From a virus: a stretch of DNA of 64,000 nucleotides. The notes below the pieces were generated by a model. That model did not search any database. It saw nothing but the letters and a program-made list of their open reading frames with translations, and was not told the origin of the DNA. This document shows, in pieces, positions 60,902-64,000 of this stretch. Every line of letters begins with the position of its first letter. Position 1 is the first letter of the stretch. The stretch is from the IMG/VR virus record IMGVR_UViG_3300006339_000005, positions 62,587 through 126,586 of that record. One strand, given 5' to 3'. A program made the translations under genes and the position numbers.

Positions 60902-61744
60902 TTCCCCTTGTTCTCGCAAATAATCTTTTGCTCTGTCAGATATTTCTTCTTCAAAACCGTAACGGTCTTTCTCTACATCAAATGCATCTTTCATAACTTC
61001 TGGAGTTGGTATTGAATACTCAATGTTGCATGATGTATATGCTTGAATGTATGTAGACCCAAACTCTCTTGCAACTAGTATTGCTCGTCTAACAGAGCGA
61101 GCCACCCTTGCAGGATTTGTAGGTGCTATACGACATACATAATCAAGTTTTGCAACTCTTGCCAATCCCAACATATCCATCTTCTCATCTACTTTACCAC
61201 GGGGTGACATCTTTGCAACTAGACCCTTTTGAGTCATTCCACTTTCTTGTCCACCTGTGTTACCGTAGATTTCATTGTCCAACATAATGGTTGTAAACTT
61301 CTCATGCCTAAACCAACTATGCATGAGTCCTTGAAATCCTATATCAACTAGTCCACCATCACCACACATTACTATTACATCTTTATCTTGTTCTGGAAAT
61401 CGTAATTCTAATCCTCGTTTCAATCCAGATGCAACAGCATTTGTATCGCCATAGTTTCCATAAATGAATGGAACATTACCTTGACTTATTGCTAACCTTC
61501 CACAACCAGCCGTACCACAAATAATGGTATGCTCTGGTTTTGGTAATGCAAGAAATACAATTCGTATAAAAAGAGTCATAGCACATCCGGCACACATTGG
61601 ATGTTCTTCAATTAACTCTTTGAACTTGCCCATGTCCTTAACTTTTTTAGGCTTGCCATACTGACCATGTTTAACAAGGTCTTGGTACTCAACAGGCAAG
61701 TGTTCTAAATAGCCAGGGCTAGGCCTTACAGTTGCTAATGACAT
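60890..61744 (-). CDS. 2-oxoacid:ferredoxin oxidoreductase beta subunit (ForB-like)
   Basis: CAGC, GTAGC, ThDP motif GDG..DN, GNTGGQESG. Confidence 0.93.
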   Translation of the reverse strand: MSLATVRPSPGYLEHLPVEYQDLVKHGQYGKPKKVKDMGKFKELIEEHPMCAGCAMTLFIRIVFLALPKPEHTIICGTAGCGRLAISQGNVPFIYGNYGDTNAVASGLKRGLELRFPEQDKDVIVMCGDGGLVDIGFQGLMHSWFRHEKFTTIMLDNEIYGNTGGQESGMTQKGLVAKMSPRGKVDEKMDMLGLARVAKLDYVCRIAPTNPARVARSVRRAILVAREFGSTYIQAYTSCNIEYSIPTPEVMKDAFDVEKDRYGFEEEISDRAKDYLREQGEKIK

Positions 61745-61745
61745 A

Positions 61746-62717
61746 TTACACAGATTCCAATACTTTAGCGTTACGTTGAGCTTTGGCTTCTTGGTCAGCT
61801 TTTAGTTTAGCTTTGAATTCAAGTTTACGTTCTTTCTCTTCAGCTTTTACTCTGTCTATAACAGCTTGTCCTTCATCAGTAATGTAACAGCGATTAACAA
61901 AACGTCCACCGATACTTTCTGAGTCTTTCATTTCATCAAGCCCTTCCATACTCTGCTTACCAATTTCTAGTATACACGGAGTATACAATTGGACAAACGT
62001 TGGGCCTACTTCACGAGCAATATAAATGCCATGACGGATAGCTTCTGCAACTCTATTAGGTTTACTAACAGTTAGGATTGTTGAATAATGACAGCCAGCC
62101 TCTCGTGCTATTTCCACTAGGCGGACTTTTTCAAACTGCTTCCCCTTGGGAGCCATTTTTGCAACAAAGCCTTTTTGCATAAGTCCTGATTCCTGTCCAC
62201 CCGTATTAGCGTACAGCTCGTTATCAAAACATATAGTTAAAAAGCGTTCTTGTCTAAACCATGACTGCATAGTCATATCTAAACCAATATCAACAGTAGC
62301 ACCATCACCAGCTAAGACTATTACATCTTTAATCTTATTAGGAAATCGTTTTGCTAAAGCTCTTTGAAGTCCACTAGCAATAGCATTTTGATTACCGAAC
62401 AAGCTATGGATATTTTGAACTGCTACGTGGGGCCATACTAATGATGTACAGCCTGTACTTCCAACGAATACCGTATCTTCTGGGTTTGGAATACTTGCTA
62501 GGATATAACGAAACGCTATGCTCTCTGGACAGCCTGCACATAGTGAATGCTGTTCAATTAATTCTTTACTGCTCCCAATATCTTTCCAGCCTCGATCCGT
62601 ATTGCCATATGTAGAGTTCTCAACTAGTTCTTGATACTCTGGGGGCATAATATCTGCTAGTTCTTCACATAGGGCGATCTTGCTAGATTTATTTTTGCTT
62701 GGCGTATGCTGTGCCAT
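61746..62717 (-). CDS. Second 2-oxoacid:ferredoxin oxidoreductase beta subunit (PorB-like)
   Basis: CAGC, GSTGC, GDGAT..DN, ANTGGQESG; start refined to 62717 behind AGGAG. Confidence 0.93.
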   Translation of the reverse strand: MAQHTPSKNKSSKIALCEELADIMPPEYQELVENSTYGNTDRGWKDIGSSKELIEQHSLCAGCPESIAFRYILASIPNPEDTVFVGSTGCTSLVWPHVAVQNIHSLFGNQNAIASGLQRALAKRFPNKIKDVIVLAGDGATVDIGLDMTMQSWFRQERFLTICFDNELYANTGGQESGLMQKGFVAKMAPKGKQFEKVRLVEIAREAGCHYSTILTVSKPNRVAEAIRHGIYIAREVGPTFVQLYTPCILEIGKQSMEGLDEMKDSESIGGRFVNRCYITDEGQAVIDRVKAEEKERKLEFKAKLKADQEAKAQRNAKVLESV

Positions 62718-62738
62718 GTTAGTTCTCCTAGAAACATT

Positions 62739-62784
62739 TAAGGGGCACAAGGCCCCCTAAACTTAACAAAGCATTGTTAAAGTT
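62739..62784. promoter_or_regulatory. Two adjacent inverted repeats upstream of the beta-subunit gene
   Basis: GC-rich stem at 62739-62759 and TTAACAA-N4-TTGTTAA at 62763-62780. Confidence 0.55.
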
Positions 62785-62789
62785 GAATC

Positions 62790-63011
62790 TTACTTACGTG
62801 TAAAGATAGCGTAGATGACGCCAATGGCCGCTAGTCCTACAACGCCCTGGGCACCAAGTGTACCGATAATACCAGTAATGTTACCTATGATATCGCCACC
62901 AATAAATGGAACAGCTTTACCAAACACAACTTGCATTACGATACCTAGAGCTAGTAAACTCATACCAGCTTCTGTTATCTTGTGTATCCAACCAATTATT
63001 TGATCAAACAT
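62790..63011 (-). CDS. Small Gly-rich membrane protein (73 aa)
   Basis: AAGGAGA RBS before 63011; two hydrophobic helices. Confidence 0.8.
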   Translation of the reverse strand: MFDQIIGWIHKITEAGMSLLALGIVMQVVFGKAVPFIGGDIIGNITGIIGTLGAQGVVGLAAIGVIYAIFTRK

Positions 63012-63029
63012 ATGGTTCTTCTCCTTTGA

Positions 63030-63120
63030 AGATTTAAGCCGCGAAGCGGTCCTGCTCCGCATTTAGCCGAGAATCGGTAAGCTAGATTTACACTAGTACG
63101 AAGTACTTGCGGTTAAGCAA
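63030..63120 (-). ncRNA. Candidate structured cis-regulatory RNA (three-way junction plus hairpin)
   Basis: Four complementary stems, three UUC-capped loops, GC-rich, immediately 5' of the SD sequence. Confidence 0.55.
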
Positions 63121-63525
63121 AAAACTGTACCTCCGATTTGGCTTCTTATTGTAATACTCTACTCTTTTTTCAGCCTATGTTTAACGTGCCTTAAATAGTC
63201 CTAAAAAGCGTCTTAATGGCTCTTAAATAACAAATAAGCATCTAAGTAGCACTCTGACACACAAACGCTGTACAAAGACGTCTTATGCGTTCTAAGACAC
63301 CTTTATATAAGCGTATAAGGACTGTCGTCATATACGCATAGCAAACAGGCGGTTAGTAAAGTTTAACTAATCCGAATGTATGTACTAACCAAACTATACA
63401 AGGAATTATTAATGCAATAATACCTACCCACAATATGATTTTGAAAAACTTCACTAACGCCCTTGCTATGCACACGTATTTTAAACTTTGATCGTAATAT
63501 GTAATTCTAATTTCCCAACAATTTT

Positions 63526-63609
63526 TTACATAGTTGGATTACATACAATAGCACCAAAGCCAATTGAAATTGCAACTACAATGATTACTAATAACCAATT
63601 TACTTGCAT
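63526..63609 (-). CDS. 27-aa hydrophobic peptide
   Basis: AAGGAGA RBS; MQVNWLLVIIVVAISIGFGAIVCNPTM; GATAAGTA at 63709-63716 upstream. Confidence 0.45.
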   Translation of the reverse strand: MQVNWLLVIIVVAISIGFGAIVCNPTM

Positions 63610-63896
63610 AATGGCTTCTCCTTGTTAATTTACGTGTAATGAGCATAATAGCTCTAGCGTGATCAAGCTAGACCTAAACTGTCTAACCGTTGCTTTATGA
63701 TGTAGTATTACTTATCTGATCTACACACTAAATGTAGTCGAAAAGGGTGTTTACAGCTAAAAATAGTGTGCTACGATTTTTTTATATGAAGTACTTAGGC
63801 TTTTGAGGTGGTGATTTTACCCCTGCTCACTAGCAAACTGCTCTTAGCTTTTTCATTTTATAAGCCCCGACCCCTCATCTCGAGAGAAAATTTTTT

Positions 63897-64000
63897 TTAT
63901 ATTTCTCTCGCCATTCTCTTCGCTAATGATTTGAGCGTCTTCATTGTCTTTTCAAATTCAGGATGATTCTTGTTACGTACAGCTAGGTTTCGTAGCAACC
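63897..64000 (-). CDS. Partial CDS (3' end) running off the window
   Basis: Open frame ..LLRNLAVRNKNHPEFEKTMKTLKSLAKRMAREI-stop. Confidence 0.45.
   Translation of the reverse strand, partial: LLRNLAVRNKNHPEFEKTMKTLKSLAKRMAREI

Noticed and set aside
63881-63910. 9-bp inverted repeat CGAGAGAAA/TTTCTCTCG
   Set aside because: Spans the stop of a partial gene; plausibly a simple terminator-like stem with nothing more to support it.

Overview
64 kb of an AT-rich, large T4-like myovirus genome (lytic-type gene content; no integrase, intein, intron or CRISPR array seen). 1-17.3 kb: head/neck/tail morphogenesis (gp15, gp14, gp13, sheath, tube, gp4, terminase) preceded by T4-style late promoter motifs (core TAAATA). 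17.4-46.3 kb: replication/recombination genes (gp32, UvsX, UvsY, UvsW, gp62-like, primase, helicase, a 187-aa mini-DnaE), most with near-consensus sigma70 promoters, interleaved with glycosyltransferase, methyltransferase and 2OG-Fe(II) oxygenase/cupin clusters, a peroxiredoxin, ClpP and a half carbamoyltransferase. The + strand block ends in a catalytic-domain-only Asp/Asn-tRNA-synthetase paralog followed 5 nt later by an atypical tRNA: Leu-like class II body with long variable arm, but Asn identity elements (GUU anticodon, U1-A72, G73) and U37. 49.6-64 kb is a minus-strand auxiliary metabolic island: two paralogous beta subunits plus one alpha subunit of 2-oxoacid:ferredoxin oxidoreductase (resembling the multi-subunit rTCA-type For/Por enzymes of Nitrospinota/Nitrospirota/Aquificota), a 2x[4Fe-4S] ferredoxin, aldehyde dehydrogenase, thioredoxin, Coq4-like protein, tyrosine phenol-lyase, proline dehydrogenase and a saccharopine/lysine dehydrogenase-like enzyme, preceded by a GC-rich multi-hairpin leader RNA candidate. 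Best candidates for an undescribed system: the aaRS-paralog/chimeric tRNA pair and the phage-borne oxoacid:ferredoxin oxidoreductase plus amino-acid catabolism island. All family calls come from motif recognition by eye; no database searches were run.
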